Notes: generated by a model from the sequence alone, not told the origin. A DNA stretch of 64,000 nt from Desulfobacterales bacterium (GCA_963674755.2 CAXXVS010000003.1:2016001-2080000), one strand, 5' to 3'. Counted from the stretch's first letter, positions 8,211 through 21,006 are shown. A program made the numbers and translations.

Positions 8211-9227
8211 TTAGGCTTTAAAGGCAACGGCCTCGGGCGATTGGACGTCGGGCAGCGCGGCCTCCAGCTGTCCGGCAAACCGGACGATGCGGGCTTCGTG
8301 CCAGAAAAGACCGTTCCAGACCCGCGGCAGAAACCCGACATGCCCGCCGGAGCGGGGGGTTTCCAGAAACAGCTGGGGATTGCGACGGGCGGCGGCGTAG
8401 GGGAAACAGGCGCCGTCCAGAAATGGATCGTTCCGGGCGTTGATCACCAGGGTGGGCACCCGGATGCGGTCCAGGAAATTCAGGGCGCTGCAGCGCCGCC
8501 AGTAGTCCTCGGCATCCCGGAAGCCGTGGACCGGGGCGGTAAAGAGATCGTCGAAGGCCCTGAGGGTGTGGGCCGCGGCCAGCTTGGGCAGGTCGATGAC
8601 GCCCGGGTAGCGGCGGGCTCTCCAGAGGGCTTTGGCCTTGAGGGTGCGCAGAAAACGCCTGGTATAGATCCGGTTGACGGGCAGGTCGAGCCGGCGGGCG
8701 CTGGCCGCAAGGTCGCAGGGCACCGAAACCGCGGCGGCCCAGTGCTGTTTGGCATCCAGGGCCGGACCGTTTTCGCCGAGGTATTTGAGCACCAGATTGC
8801 CCCCCAGGCTGAAGCCGATCCAGCCCATGCGACGGCAGGCATGGTGTCCGGCCAGGTGGCGGTGGACCGCGGCCAGATCCTCGGTGGCACCGCTGTGGTA
8901 GGCCCGCAGGCGGCGGTTGTCCTCCCCGCTGCAGCCCCGATAGTTGTAGGCGACAGCATCCCAGCCGGCCCGGTTGAAGGCCCGCGCCATGCCCCGGATA
9001 TAAGCCGCCTGGGAGCTGCCTTCCAGACCGTGGCAGAGGACCACCAGAAGGCGGCTGCCGCAACGGGCCCAGTCCAGGTCGATGAAGTCGCCGTCGGCGG
9101 TTCCGATGCGTTCCCGCTGATAGGTGACGCCGTTGACGCGGCGCAGGAGGGACGGCAGAATCGTCTGCAGATGGCCGTTGGCCATCCCCGGCGGGGGGCA
9201 ATAGGTTGAAGGCGAAACGATGGGCAT
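8211..9227 (-). CDS. YheT-family alpha/beta hydrolase
   Basis: NGHLQT, HGLEGSS, YRGCSG, YHSG, GFSLGG nucleophile elbow, NDPF, GGHVGF. Confidence 0.9.
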   Translation of the reverse strand: MPIVSPSTYCPPPGMANGHLQTILPSLLRRVNGVTYQRERIGTADGDFIDLDWARCGSRLLVVLCHGLEGSSQAAYIRGMARAFNRAGWDAVAYNYRGCSGEDNRRLRAYHSGATEDLAAVHRHLAGHHACRRMGWIGFSLGGNLVLKYLGENGPALDAKQHWAAAVSVPCDLAASARRLDLPVNRIYTRRFLRTLKAKALWRARRYPGVIDLPKLAAAHTLRAFDDLFTAPVHGFRDAEDYWRRCSALNFLDRIRVPTLVINARNDPFLDGACFPYAAARRNPQLFLETPRSGGHVGFLPRVWNGLFWHEARIVRFAGQLEAALPDVQSPEAVAFKA

Positions 9228-9425
9228 GGCCTTTTCCCTGCAAATCGTATAGAACCCATCCCGAACGAAAACCGTGCTTTTAAGACAGGTTCGAACCTTT
9301 TAGCCCCGCCTGATCCCGAAGGCAAGCCGCCGCTGCAAAAAGGGGGCGTTTTTTCGGTCCGGTCAATCAGACGCCGAACGATCCGCGTGCCGGGCACGAA
9401 GCGGCCCGGCAGGAACAGGGATGAA

Positions 9426-10238
9426 ATGGACCATCGCAAGCCCCCTAACGTACTGACGGTGGCCGCGGCCGGCGACGGCTGGCTGGTGGTGGACAAACCG
9501 GCCGGGATCAGCGTGCACAACGACCCCGGACATGATTTATGCGCCCATGTAGAGCGCCTCCTGGCCGCCGATCACCAGCTGGCGGACCGGACGGGCTTTG
9601 CCGGGGACGGCAGCATCCATGCGGCCCACCGCCTGGACCGGGATACCAGCGGGCTGGTGCTGCTGTGCTGCCAGGCAGCGGCCCTGGCGTTCTATGGGGC
9701 GGCCTTCCAGGCTCGGGGCATTGGCAAGTGTTACCTGGCTGTTTTGCACGGACAGCTCGACGGGCCAGATGGGCCCGGCGTGTGGTCGTTTGCGCTGGCG
9801 CGCTCCGGCGCCGGGCGAAAGCACCCCGCTGGCCGGGGTAAGCGGGTGGCCTGCCGCACCGCCTTCCGGGTGCTCTTTCACAGCGACCACTACACCCTGG
9901 CCGCCTGCACCCCTTTGACCGGGCGTCCCCACCAGATCCGGCGCCACGCCAAACTGGCCGGTCACCCGGTGGTGGGGGACCGGCGCTATGGGTCACCGCG
10001 CTCCCTGCGCTACCTCAAGGAAGAGGCGGGCTTTGCGCGCCTGGGGCTGCATGCCTACGGTCTGGACCTGCCGGTGCCTGACCGGACGGACCGCCGGGTG
10101 GTGGTGTCCGGATCGCCCCTCCAGGCTTTCCTCCGGCTGCTGGCAGGAGACGGCGGACCTCCCGGCGCCGCGGTGGCGGATGCCCTCCGGGAACTGGCCG
10201 ATCCCCGCTGTTGGCCGGGCCACAGTGCCCATCCATAA
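9426..10238 (+). CDS. RluA-family RNA pseudouridine synthase
   Basis: VDKPAG, HRLDRDTSG (catalytic Asp), TGRPHQIR, GHPVVGDRRYG, LHAY; stop codon lies inside repeat B1. Confidence 0.9.
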   Translation: MDHRKPPNVLTVAAAGDGWLVVDKPAGISVHNDPGHDLCAHVERLLAADHQLADRTGFAGDGSIHAAHRLDRDTSGLVLLCCQAAALAFYGAAFQARGIGKCYLAVLHGQLDGPDGPGVWSFALARSGAGRKHPAGRGKRVACRTAFRVLFHSDHYTLAACTPLTGRPHQIRRHAKLAGHPVVGDRRYGSPRSLRYLKEEAGFARLGLHAYGLDLPVPDRTDRRVVVSGSPLQAFLRLLAGDGGPPGAAVADALRELADPRCWPGHSAHP

Positions 10239-10367
10239 ATGGTATCTTTTGGTCCCTGGCGGCGTTCTCGCCTCCTGTCGGTCCTCGGCGTAGCCGGGCT
10301 ACGCCTGTGGGCGCCAGTCGGCTGCGGCCTTGCCAGAAACCAAAATCTACCATCTCTGGATGGGCAC
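10225..10367. mobile_element. MITE-like repeat family B, copy 1
   Basis: About 29-bp imperfect terminal inverted repeats GTGCCCATCCATAAATGGTATCTTTTGGT ... ACCAAAATCTACCATCTCTGGATGGGCAC; no coding capacity. Confidence 0.8.
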
Positions 10368-10483
10368 TCTCTAAACCAGCTATTTCATTTGACAAGGTTT
10401 TTGGTTTCATCATACCTTGCCCGTGTTTCAAGGATGGATCCCGTTTTCGCGCCGCCTGGCCCGCCGTATTAAGGTACCGTTGC

Positions 10484-11581
10484 ATGAATCAGCTCTTTCG
10501 CGATTTGATCGACCGCTATTTTTCGAACCCCCAGGTGCTGATCCTGTGGTTTCTGCTGATCCTGGGGTTTACCCTGGTGTTTTTCCTGGGCAACATGCTG
10601 GCGCCCGTGCTGGCGGCCATCGTGATCGCCTATTTGCTGGAAGGCCTGGTGGGCCTGCTTGAACGACGCAAATTCCCCCGCCTGGCGGCCGTGCTGGTGG
10701 TCTTCCTCTTTTTTATGGTCAGTCTCCTGGCCCTGCTCGTCATTCTGCTGCCGCTGCTGTCCCGCCAGCTGGGCCAACTGCTCCAGCAGCTGCCCACCAT
10801 GTTCGCCAAGGGCCAGAGCCTGCTGATCCAATTGCCAGTGAAATATCCGGGCTATGTCACCGAAGAGCAGATCCGTCAGGTCATCGCCTCCCTCAGCTCC
10901 CAGATAACGGGTCTGGCCCAGCAGATCCTGTCCTTTTCCCTGGCTTCGGTCCGGGGCTTGATCGCGAGCATCATCTACCTCATCCTGGTGCCGCTGATGG
11001 TGTTTTTCTTCCTCAAGGACAAACGGCTGATCACGGACTGGGTCAAGGGCTTTTTGCCGGACAATCGCGGCTTGGCCCGGGAAGTCTGGGTCGAGGTCAA
11101 CCATCAGTTCGCCAACTATGTGCGCGGCAAGATCATGGAGATCATCATCGTCGGGGTGATCGCCTATATCGTCTTTGTTTCCATGGGGCTGCAGTTTTCC
11201 ATGCTGCTGGCCCTCCTGACCGGGCTTTCGGTGCTGGTGCCCTATATCGGCGTGACGGTCATCTTTTTCCCGGTGGCCCTGATCGCCTTTTTCCAGTGGG
11301 GGGCCACGAGCGCCACCCTCTGGGTCATGATCGCTTACGGCATCATCCAGATCTTCGACGGCAACCTCCTGGCCCCCCTGCTGCTCTCCCGGGTGGTCAA
11401 CCTGCACCCGGTGGCGATTATCGTGGCCGTTCTGGTGTTCGGGGGGTTCTGGGGGATTGTGGGGTTGCTGTTCGCCATTCCCCTGGCAACCCTCTGCCAG
11501 GCCGTCATCCGGGTCTGGACGGGAAGCCTGCAAAAGGACGCTTCCTCATCGGAATCCTCACCCCCTCCCGACGACGTTTGA
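10484..11581 (+). CDS. AI-2E family (PerM-like) transporter
   Basis: Multi-TM; APVLAAIVIAYLLEG, FFFLKD, NYVRGK, VPYIG, DGNLLAP, LHPVAII, FAIPLA. Confidence 0.9.
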   Translation: MNQLFRDLIDRYFSNPQVLILWFLLILGFTLVFFLGNMLAPVLAAIVIAYLLEGLVGLLERRKFPRLAAVLVVFLFFMVSLLALLVILLPLLSRQLGQLLQQLPTMFAKGQSLLIQLPVKYPGYVTEEQIRQVIASLSSQITGLAQQILSFSLASVRGLIASIIYLILVPLMVFFFLKDKRLITDWVKGFLPDNRGLAREVWVEVNHQFANYVRGKIMEIIIVGVIAYIVFVSMGLQFSMLLALLTGLSVLVPYIGVTVIFFPVALIAFFQWGATSATLWVMIAYGIIQIFDGNLLAPLLLSRVVNLHPVAIIVAVLVFGGFWGIVGLLFAIPLATLCQAVIRVWTGSLQKDASSSESSPPPDDV

Positions 11582-11730
11582 ACCGATGCCGGCCGGCATC
11601 GGCCCGGGCGGGCCCCGCGTCCGCCCCAACGCTCATTCGCATCCCGGTTGATCCTCCTTTTTCGAATTGCAAAAAAAAACAGATGCGCTATGTTACGCGC
11701 CAATCCAGAGGGTCGGCCTTTCGCAGGTAA

Positions 11731-13671
<1,941 letters not shown>

Positions 13672-13717
13672 GACGGCCGGCAGCGCGTTGCCGGCCCTGC
13701 AGTGAGGAATGCTACGC

Positions 13718-16006
13718 ATGAGATCCAACGGGATCAACGATACCGTGGAACGCCAGCCATTGGCGGTGTTTACCGAAAAGGCCTACCGCGACTACGCCAT
13801 GTACGTCATTCTGGACCGGGCCCTGCCGCATATCGGCGACGGGCTCAAACCGGTCCAGCGGCGCATCATCTACGCCATGTCCGAGCTGGGGCTCAAGGCC
13901 ACGGCCAAGTACAAGAAGTCCGCCCGCACCGTGGGCGACGTGCTGGGCAAGTTCCACCCCCACGGCGACAGCGCCTGCTACGAGGCCATGGTGCTGATGG
14001 CCCAGCCCTTCTCCTACCGCTATCCCCTGATCGACGGCCAGGGCAACTGGGGCGCCCCGGACGATCCCAAATCCTTTGCCGCTATGCGCTATACCGAAGC
14101 CAAACTCTCCCCGACCGCCGAGATGCTGCTGGCCGAGATCGCCCAGGGCACGGTGGACTGGATTCCCAATTTCGACGGCACTCTGGAGGAACCGGCGGTC
14201 CTGCCGGCGCGCCTGCCCCATATCCTGATGAACGGCACCACTGGCATCGCCGTGGGCATGGCCACCGATATCCCGCCCCACAACGCCCGGGAACTGGCCG
14301 GGGCCTGCATCCACCTGCTGCAGGACTCCCAGGCCGATCTGGACGCCTTGATGGATCATCTGCCCGGACCGGATTTTCCCACCGAGGCGGAAATCATTAC
14401 ACCCCCTGAAGATATCCGGCAGATTTACGAGACCGGCACGGGCACCCTGCGCATGCGGGCCCGGCATGACTTCGAAAACGGCGATATCGTCATTACGGCC
14501 CTGCCGCACCAGGTCTCCGGCGCCAAGGTGCTGGAGCAGATCGCCGCCCAGATGCAGGCCAAGAAACTGCCCATGGTGGCCGACCTGCGGGACGAGTCCG
14601 ACCATGAAGACCCCATCCGGCTGGTGATCGTGCCGCGTTCCAACCGGGTGGACCGGGATGTGCTCCTGGCCCATCTCTACGCCACCACCGATCTGGAGAA
14701 GACCTACCGGGTGAATCTGAACGTGATCGGGCTCAACGGCCGCCCCCAGGTGAAGAGCCTGGTGGGCCTGCTGACGGAATGGCTCGAATTCCGCACGGAA
14801 ACCGTGCGCCGCCGGCTGCAGCACCGCCTGGATAAAATCAGCCGCCGGCTGCACATCCTCGAAGGGCTTCTGATCGCCTATCTCAATATCGACGAGGTGA
14901 TCCGTATTATCCGCACCGAAGACAAGCCGCGACCGGTGCTCCAGGAACGGTTCGGTCTGAGCGAGGAGCAGGCCGAGGCCATCCTGGAGATGAAGCTGCG
15001 TCACCTGGCCAAGCTGGAGGAAATCAAGATCAAAGGGGAGCAGGCGGCGCTGGCGGCCGAGCGCAAACAGCTCGAGGCGGTGCTCGACTCCCCGGCCCGG
15101 CTGCGCACCCTGATCCGCAAGGAAATCGAAGCCGATGCCAAGCTCTACGGCGACGAGCGCCGTTCCCCCATCGTGCGCCGCCAAGCGGCCCAGGCCATTA
15201 CCCACGAGGAGATGCTCCCGGTGGAGAACATCACCGTGGTCCTTTCCCAGGGGGGCTGGATCCGCTCGGCCAAGGGCCACGACATCGACCCCGACGGCCT
15301 GAGCTACAAGGCCGGCGACCAACATTTAGCCAGCGCTCACGGACGCAGCAACCAGCAGGCGGTCTTTCTGGATTCCACCGGCCGGAGCTACGCCCTGCCG
15401 GCCCACCAGCTGCCTTCCGCCCGGGGCTACGGCGAACCCCTGACCGGGCGGCTATCCATCGAAACCGGCGAGCGCTTTGTGACGGTGTTGATGGGGGACG
15501 ACCAGGCGCGCTATCTCCTGGCCAGCGATGCCGGATACGGCTTCGTGGTCAAATTGGAAGATATGATTTCCCGCAACCGCAACGGCAAGGCCCTTTTGAC
15601 GCTGCCGCCGGGCGCCGCCCCCCTTATGCCGCTTCCGATAGAGGATGTGGCCACGGAGCGGGTCGTGGCCGTGAGCAACGAGGGCCGCATGCTGATCTTC
15701 CCGCTGCAGGATTTGCCTGAACTGCCTCGCGGCAAGGGCAACAAGATCATCCAGATTCCCAAAGAGCGGGCCAAACGCCATGAGGAATATTTATCCCAGC
15801 TCTTTCTCCTGCCCGACGCCGCCGATCTGGTGGTGCACGCCGGCAAACGCTTCGTCACCCTGAAAGGGGCCAGCCTGGAAGCCTTCGTAGCGTTGCGCGG
15901 CCGGCGCGGCCGCAAGCTCCCCCGGGGTTTCCGCAACGTGGACCGCATGGAGGCCCTAGTGACGCCGGCCGCGGACGTGGCGTCCGAGCCAGCAGATCCG
16001 CAATGA
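13718..16006 (+). CDS. parC: DNA topoisomerase IV subunit A
   Basis: [41 protein letters not shown]; start 13709 or 13718. Confidence 0.95.
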   Translation: MRSNGINDTVERQPLAVFTEKAYRDYAMYVILDRALPHIGDGLKPVQRRIIYAMSELGLKATAKYKKSARTVGDVLGKFHPHGDSACYEAMVLMAQPFSYRYPLIDGQGNWGAPDDPKSFAAMRYTEAKLSPTAEMLLAEIAQGTVDWIPNFDGTLEEPAVLPARLPHILMNGTTGIAVGMATDIPPHNARELAGACIHLLQDSQADLDALMDHLPGPDFPTEAEIITPPEDIRQIYETGTGTLRMRARHDFENGDIVITALPHQVSGAKVLEQIAAQMQAKKLPMVADLRDESDHEDPIRLVIVPRSNRVDRDVLLAHLYATTDLEKTYRVNLNVIGLNGRPQVKSLVGLLTEWLEFRTETVRRRLQHRLDKISRRLHILEGLLIAYLNIDEVIRIIRTEDKPRPVLQERFGLSEEQAEAILEMKLRHLAKLEEIKIKGEQAALAAERKQLEAVLDSPARLRTLIRKEIEADAKLYGDERRSPIVRRQAAQAITHEEMLPVENITVVLSQGGWIRSAKGHDIDPDGLSYKAGDQHLASAHGRSNQQAVFLDSTGRSYALPAHQLPSARGYGEPLTGRLSIETGERFVTVLMGDDQARYLLASDAGYGFVVKLEDMISRNRNGKALLTLPPGAAPLMPLPIEDVATERVVAVSNEGRMLIFPLQDLPELPRGKGNKIIQIPKERAKRHEEYLSQLFLLPDAADLVVHAGKRFVTLKGASLEAFVALRGRRGRKLPRGFRNVDRMEALVTPAADVASEPADPQ

Positions 16007-16104
16007 TTCCCTTGCGCTAATTTTATTTCGATCCAGATCCTCCGTCTCTGGTGGAGGGTCTGGAGAGATTCTACCGAACTGGGACGCTTTCTCCTAAATG
16101 GACG

Positions 16105-16290
16105 CTTCATTTTCTTCCACGGGGAAGAAAACGAACCAAAAGAAGACGCCCCGGTCCGGCTTGATCCTGCGCGTCGCCGACAGGGGCGGCGCGTGTCGGA
16201 ACGCGCTTTACGCAGACACGCCGGCACGCTTTTTCCGCCCCGTCGCCGATGCGCGGCACGGGACAATGGGAAACCTGAACATCAAAGACG
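16105..16290. repeat. Repeat family A, copy 3 (no nested insertions)
   Basis: CTTCATTTTCTTCCACGGGGAAGAAAACGAACCAAAAGAAGACGCCC...CCTGCGCGTCG...TTCCGCCCCGTCGCCGATGC..GGGACAATGGGAAA, between convergent genes. Confidence 0.8.
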
Positions 16291-16437
16291 AAAACACCGA
16301 TTTCAGGCCCCTATATAGGGGATGGTTGGAGCCCCACGCTCTACGCGGGGGCACGCATTAGGATAGCTTCACAGCTGGTGGAGCACCCTAAACATTTCGT
16401 CCGCGCCGGCAAGCTGCTTATCCGCCGGAGCTTTTAT

Positions 16438-19400
16438 TCATGCCGGGGATGCCGTCTGCCACAGGCCGGCCAGGGCCACGCCGAGGGCATCGAGGACCAA
16501 CGGCAGGTGCAGGTCGGCGATGGGGTCACCGGCCACCGCCGGCAGGATCAGCAGGTTGCTCACCGGAAAGCTGAAGACGGTTTCGGCTCCCGCCTGCCGG
16601 AGGCGATCTTCCTGGGTGATCACAACGAGCCGCGGCACCCGGCTGCCCAGCAGGGAAAGTTCATCGAGCATGGCGGGCAGGGCCCGCTCGCCGGTCATGT
16701 CGAGAATGATCAGATTGTCCTGGCGGGTGTCATAATCCGGCTGCAGGACCGGCAGATACCAGCAGTGGCCGGCATAAAACGGCATCTGCGGTTTCAGCAG
16801 GGGCGTGGCCGGCGGCCGGGCCAGGAACGCATCGACCGATCTTCCCCCCAGATACGCCGCTTCCCAACGGGCAACGGCGGCTTCCCCGTAACATCCCACC
16901 ATGTCGTCGCGCAGGGTCAGACCGACGAATTTCCCATCGGCATGGCCGTCGATGGTGACGATGGGGCCATGACCGGACGTGCCGGGCGCATGGTGGACCA
17001 TCATCAAACGTCCGGCGGCGTCGAAGGCCCTTTCCCATACCCGGCCTGGTCCGGCGAAGGGACTGATGAAAAAGGCGGATCGATAGCGGGCGTTATCGGT
17101 GGCCACCTTGCGCAGGCCGTCCAGGAGGCCTTCGTCCTGCAGGATCGCCTCCAGCGCCTGGCCGGCGGCGTGCATGTGGCCTTCAACGATCGTGGCCCTT
17201 TGCGGGGCGTGCCGGTGCCAGGCGCGGGCCAGCAGAAGATTCAGGCCGGCGTACACCCGGGCCGTCGCGCCGCAGCTCCCGGCCGACGGTAATCTAAAAC
17301 GTGCGATCGCCGTCGTGGCGGCCGCTTCAGTAGGCGGAGAAGCCGCTCCGATCCAGACGAATTTGCGCCCGGTTAAGGCCGTCCAGTCGTTTGCTGCCGG
17401 GGTCGGGGCGGCGCCCGTGGATGTGATCAGAACCAGTTCGTCTTCGGAGACGTGTCGTGGCCATTCTCCGGCCGGAAGTGCCCGGATGGGCAGCGTGATC
17501 AACCGTCGCCAGAAAACCGCGGCATCGTGGACGGCGGCGCGGGCCGCAGGGTCGAGGGATAGGGCGAGGATGCCGTTGATTTCGGAGCGCGTGTCGAAGA
17601 GGCAGCGCCCCAACTCCTGGAGGCCGTCCTCTCCGCATGCGCCCAGAGCGACCAAAGGATCTTCCTGTTGGAGCTGCCCGGCCAGGCGGCGTAGACCGCC
17701 AAGCGCTTCCTGTGCTGCGGGCGCCCCGAGCGCCGCTTCCCATGGCGTCATGGATGTCATGGGGTGCGGACCGTCGGCAACCCTCTTGCCGGCTGTTGCC
17801 GCAGCGATCCGCTTGAGCTCGGCGGCCGGCGACCGACCCGTCTTGGGCTGGGAGCGCGTAACGGTGGACGATTTGGTGCGGTTGCGGGGAGCGACGCCGG
17901 CCCCGTGGCCGCAGGCCAGGCCGACATCGAGGGCCAGCCGGAAATAAAACGCCAGATCGAGATAGGCCTGGCTGATGTCGTCCTGCCACGGCAGCACGAG
18001 GCAGCGCCCTGCGCAAATCTGCTGCATGCGTTCCTGATGCCGGTTGGGGCAGGTGACCACCGCCAGGTCGATGCCGGCGGCGGCCAGCTTTTCAATCACC
18101 GCGGCGGCGGCATCGATGCGGCGCCGGCGGGTAGCGTGGACGATGACAAAGCGCCCCGGCGACCATTGGCCGGGTTCCATGGCGAGAATGTCGTCATAGG
18201 TATGCCACCGTCCCGGGGCATACCAGCTGGCTTCTTCGATTTTGAGGGCCATTTCGTTGCCGATACCGGCCGCTTCGGGGGTACTCACGGCGATAATGGC
18301 GCTGGCCCCGGCAATGGCGTCCGCCGTCCGCCGGGAAAAGGCGATGACGTCGGGGTCGTCGTTGAGCCGGTCGATGCGTTCGGGCAGATCGTTCACGATG
18401 CCCAAAATTGGGTCGAGGCTTGTCAGCATTTGCTTCTGTACGCCGATCCAGGCGGTCAGCAGATGGAGGCACAAAAGGGTGCACAGCGCGCTTTTGATGC
18501 TGGCGATGGTCACTTCTTCGCCGCTGAAAACGGGCATCACGCCGGCCGATTTGGCCGCGGCCAGGGCCATGTCGGCAAACCGTTTTTCGGTGATGCCCAC
18601 CATGAGGATCTTGTCATGGAGCAGCTGCTGGGCCAGCTGGACCATTTCCGCCGTGGTGGAAGACCAGCTCAGCATGACGACCAAATCCTGCTGGGGAAGG
18701 ATCTGGCGGCGAGGGGTTTCGATCGCGCCGGGTCGCCATACATCGACGGCCATTGCGGGCATCAGATCCAGCAGAAAACTGCGGACGATGATTGCCATAT
18801 GAAGGTTGCTGCCGGTTCCCACCAGAATCAAGCGGCGCAGCCCCTCCAGGTGGGGTCCGAAACGCCGGTGAAGGGTGCGGATATGGAGGGTATCGGCCGG
18901 TCCCCAGGAACCGGCGCCGGGACTGTAGATATCGAGGATATAGCGAAAGCGTTCCGGAATTTCGCGCAGGTGGGTTTCGTGAAACGAGCGGTCTCCATCC
19001 TTGCGAACGGTCACCGGATCGAGCCGGGTTTCGAAGGGCTCCACATCCGGTAAGGGGTTGCCGTCAAAATCGCTGATCGTCACCGCCCGGCAGACGCTGC
19101 CCTCTTCCAGGGCGGTTTCGATCCGAGCGAATATCTCCTCGCCGTCGAGGGGATGGACTTCTACGGCGAAGGGCGCCAGCAGCCGGGCACGCTGCGCGGC
19201 AAAACGGGCCTGCGCGGTGCGCCGTGCATTGGGTTCGTCCCCCGCTTGCGTTTTTTGGGCCAGGGTTGTCCGGCGGCGCTGCTCCAGGTTATCCAAGGCG
19301 TTGATGGTGGTCTCGATGAGGCTTTGGGGAAAGAGTCCCAGGGCGGCATTGATATCGGAGACCACCATGAAATCATCGTTTTCGAGACGCCGCACCACGA

Positions 19401-20970
19401 ATACCGGTCTGTTGTGGCTGGCCACGAACAGCTGCCGGGGCGATACCAGACTGATGCCGACAACGGCGATCTGTCCCCCGTCTTTGACGATCTGGCGGGC
19501 GGCCGCCACAAAGGCCATCCGATCCAGTTCGCTCTCCGAGCGGCCTCGCACCCGTTGAACGACCTGGTAGTCGATGGAATGGCTGCCGATGGCGATATCG
19601 GTCATATCGTTGTCCACCTGCCGGCGCACGACCGCGCTGTGCTGCTGCTCGTAGTAGAGCTGGTCGTAAAAATAGCCCCATAAAATCGCCGCATACTCGG
19701 CGGAGTTCTCGCTGCGCAGCCGGTGGCCGGCGACGGTCTCGAGGAAGGTCCGCAAGCGGGCCTCAACACGGCTGTCGAACTGGCCGTTCAAGGCCAGCGC
19801 CCGCCGTAGGCGGGCATCCGGAAAGGGATGGGCATTTTCAACGGTGACGGCCGACTGCATCGCCCAGCGGCCGTGGGCGATAATGGGGGTGGCCAGGTAA
19901 CGCAGCACCTGGGGGTCGGTCCGGCCGGGCACCATGGATTCGGCCGTCATCAGGGCGCGGCGCTGCATTTTTGGGGTGGCGGCCGGGACGAAAACTTCCT
20001 GCTGAAGGTAGGTCAGGGCGGCGGCGCCGGCCCAGCCATAGACGTTAAGACTTTTTTCGGCGGCATACAGGGTCCGCCAGTCGACCCGCCGGGGGCGCCG
20101 GGAAGGCAGCCACATGGTGTCCAGGGCCCGGTCGAGCGCTTCGGTCAGCGTGGGATCGCCGGCCATGCGGCTGAGCAGGACGGCGTCCAGCAGGCGAAAC
20201 AGACAACAGACCCCGTCACGATTGTAGTCCGCGGGAATCCGCACGACGGTCTCGATAAGATTCTGCCAGAGGGCTTTGCGGGCGTTGGGCGGTTTGGGAA
20301 CACCCGGGGGGAGGGGCTTGCGGAGCTGCTTGACCCGCGCTCCGACCCGGGTGGCTTCGAAAAGGTCATCGAAGGCGGTTAGAATATCACTCTCGACGGC
20401 GCCGACCGCATCGCTTGTCCGCCGTCTGGCGATAGTGCCTGCCAAGGCGCCGCGGACCAGGGAGTGGATCACCAGGGGCGACATATCATACGCATCGATC
20501 AGGGCCTGGATCAGCGTCGAGAGGTCTTTGCGCGAGCGAATGCGGTATTCGTCCCGAAACAGGGCTTGGCCCGGCGATCCGGGCGCGAGGCGGGCCGGGT
20601 CGGGATTTTCCAGGTCGACCAGGGCATCGAAATCCGGGGACGCCGTGCGGTCGTTTCCTGCCGGGCGTTCGAAACCCTCGAAACGGAGCAGGGCCTGCTG
20701 CCGATCTTGCAAATCCCGTGCGCTGCCGTGGGGGGACAGCAGGCGGGTCATGACGGCCTCGGGGCGCACGTAGACCGGCTCCGTCTGCAAGGCATCGAGC
20801 AGCTGCAAGACCGACCCTAATGATTTGCGCAGCCGGATCGGTTCCCGGTCGTCACCGAAAAGGCCGATGCCGGTGCTGTCGGGGGCCCGGTAGATGATGG
20901 CCGACATGCCGGTCAGGATACGTGTGAGAGGGTTACCCGCACCGCCGAAATAGGCCACGATACCGCACAT
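16438..20970 (-). CDS. Giant GlmS-like protein (class II glutamine amidotransferase plus multiple SIS domains), 1510 aa
   Basis: N-terminal MCGIV, YRAPDSTG, AHGRWA...NAHPF, ALNG; SIS motifs GTGSN, SWSSTTAE, EVTIASIK, EMALKIEE, PRNRTKSSTV; about 470-aa C-terminal extension containing GHGP. Confidence 0.8.
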   Translation of the reverse strand: MCGIVAYFGGAGNPLTRILTGMSAIIYRAPDSTGIGLFGDDREPIRLRKSLGSVLQLLDALQTEPVYVRPEAVMTRLLSPHGSARDLQDRQQALLRFEGFERPAGNDRTASPDFDALVDLENPDPARLAPGSPGQALFRDEYRIRSRKDLSTLIQALIDAYDMSPLVIHSLVRGALAGTIARRRTSDAVGAVESDILTAFDDLFEATRVGARVKQLRKPLPPGVPKPPNARKALWQNLIETVVRIPADYNRDGVCCLFRLLDAVLLSRMAGDPTLTEALDRALDTMWLPSRRPRRVDWRTLYAAEKSLNVYGWAGAAALTYLQQEVFVPAATPKMQRRALMTAESMVPGRTDPQVLRYLATPIIAHGRWAMQSAVTVENAHPFPDARLRRALALNGQFDSRVEARLRTFLETVAGHRLRSENSAEYAAILWGYFYDQLYYEQQHSAVVRRQVDNDMTDIAIGSHSIDYQVVQRVRGRSESELDRMAFVAAARQIVKDGGQIAVVGISLVSPRQLFVASHNRPVFVVRRLENDDFMVVSDINAALGLFPQSLIETTINALDNLEQRRRTTLAQKTQAGDEPNARRTAQARFAAQRARLLAPFAVEVHPLDGEEIFARIETALEEGSVCRAVTISDFDGNPLPDVEPFETRLDPVTVRKDGDRSFHETHLREIPERFRYILDIYSPGAGSWGPADTLHIRTLHRRFGPHLEGLRRLILVGTGSNLHMAIIVRSFLLDLMPAMAVDVWRPGAIETPRRQILPQQDLVVMLSWSSTTAEMVQLAQQLLHDKILMVGITEKRFADMALAAAKSAGVMPVFSGEEVTIASIKSALCTLLCLHLLTAWIGVQKQMLTSLDPILGIVNDLPERIDRLNDDPDVIAFSRRTADAIAGASAIIAVSTPEAAGIGNEMALKIEEASWYAPGRWHTYDDILAMEPGQWSPGRFVIVHATRRRRIDAAAAVIEKLAAAGIDLAVVTCPNRHQERMQQICAGRCLVLPWQDDISQAYLDLAFYFRLALDVGLACGHGAGVAPRNRTKSSTVTRSQPKTGRSPAAELKRIAAATAGKRVADGPHPMTSMTPWEAALGAPAAQEALGGLRRLAGQLQQEDPLVALGACGEDGLQELGRCLFDTRSEINGILALSLDPAARAAVHDAAVFWRRLITLPIRALPAGEWPRHVSEDELVLITSTGAAPTPAANDWTALTGRKFVWIGAASPPTEAAATTAIARFRLPSAGSCGATARVYAGLNLLLARAWHRHAPQRATIVEGHMHAAGQALEAILQDEGLLDGLRKVATDNARYRSAFFISPFAGPGRVWERAFDAAGRLMMVHHAPGTSGHGPIVTIDGHADGKFVGLTLRDDMVGCYGEAAVARWEAAYLGGRSVDAFLARPPATPLLKPQMPFYAGHCWYLPVLQPDYDTRQDNLIILDMTGERALPAMLDELSLLGSRVPRLVVITQEDRLRQAGAETVFSFPVSNLLILPAVAGDPIADLHLPLVLDALGVALAGLWQTASPA

Positions 20971-21006
20971 GAGACGCTCCCTTTCACTTGGCGCTGCTGA
21001 AAGATA

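Noticed and set aside
9251..9293. Imperfect inverted repeat GAACCCATCCCGAA...TTAAGACAGGTTC as an IS remnant
   Set aside because: Too short and degenerate, and single-copy in the window.
10239..10472. Similar short ORFs at 10239-10472 and 32962-33339 (SFGPWRRSRLL...)
   Set aside because: The similarity comes from MITE B sequence, not from a protein family.
13945..13990. Quinolone-resistance substitution in ParC
   Set aside because: The region reads [10 protein letters not shown], i.e. wild-type Ser80/Glu84 equivalents.
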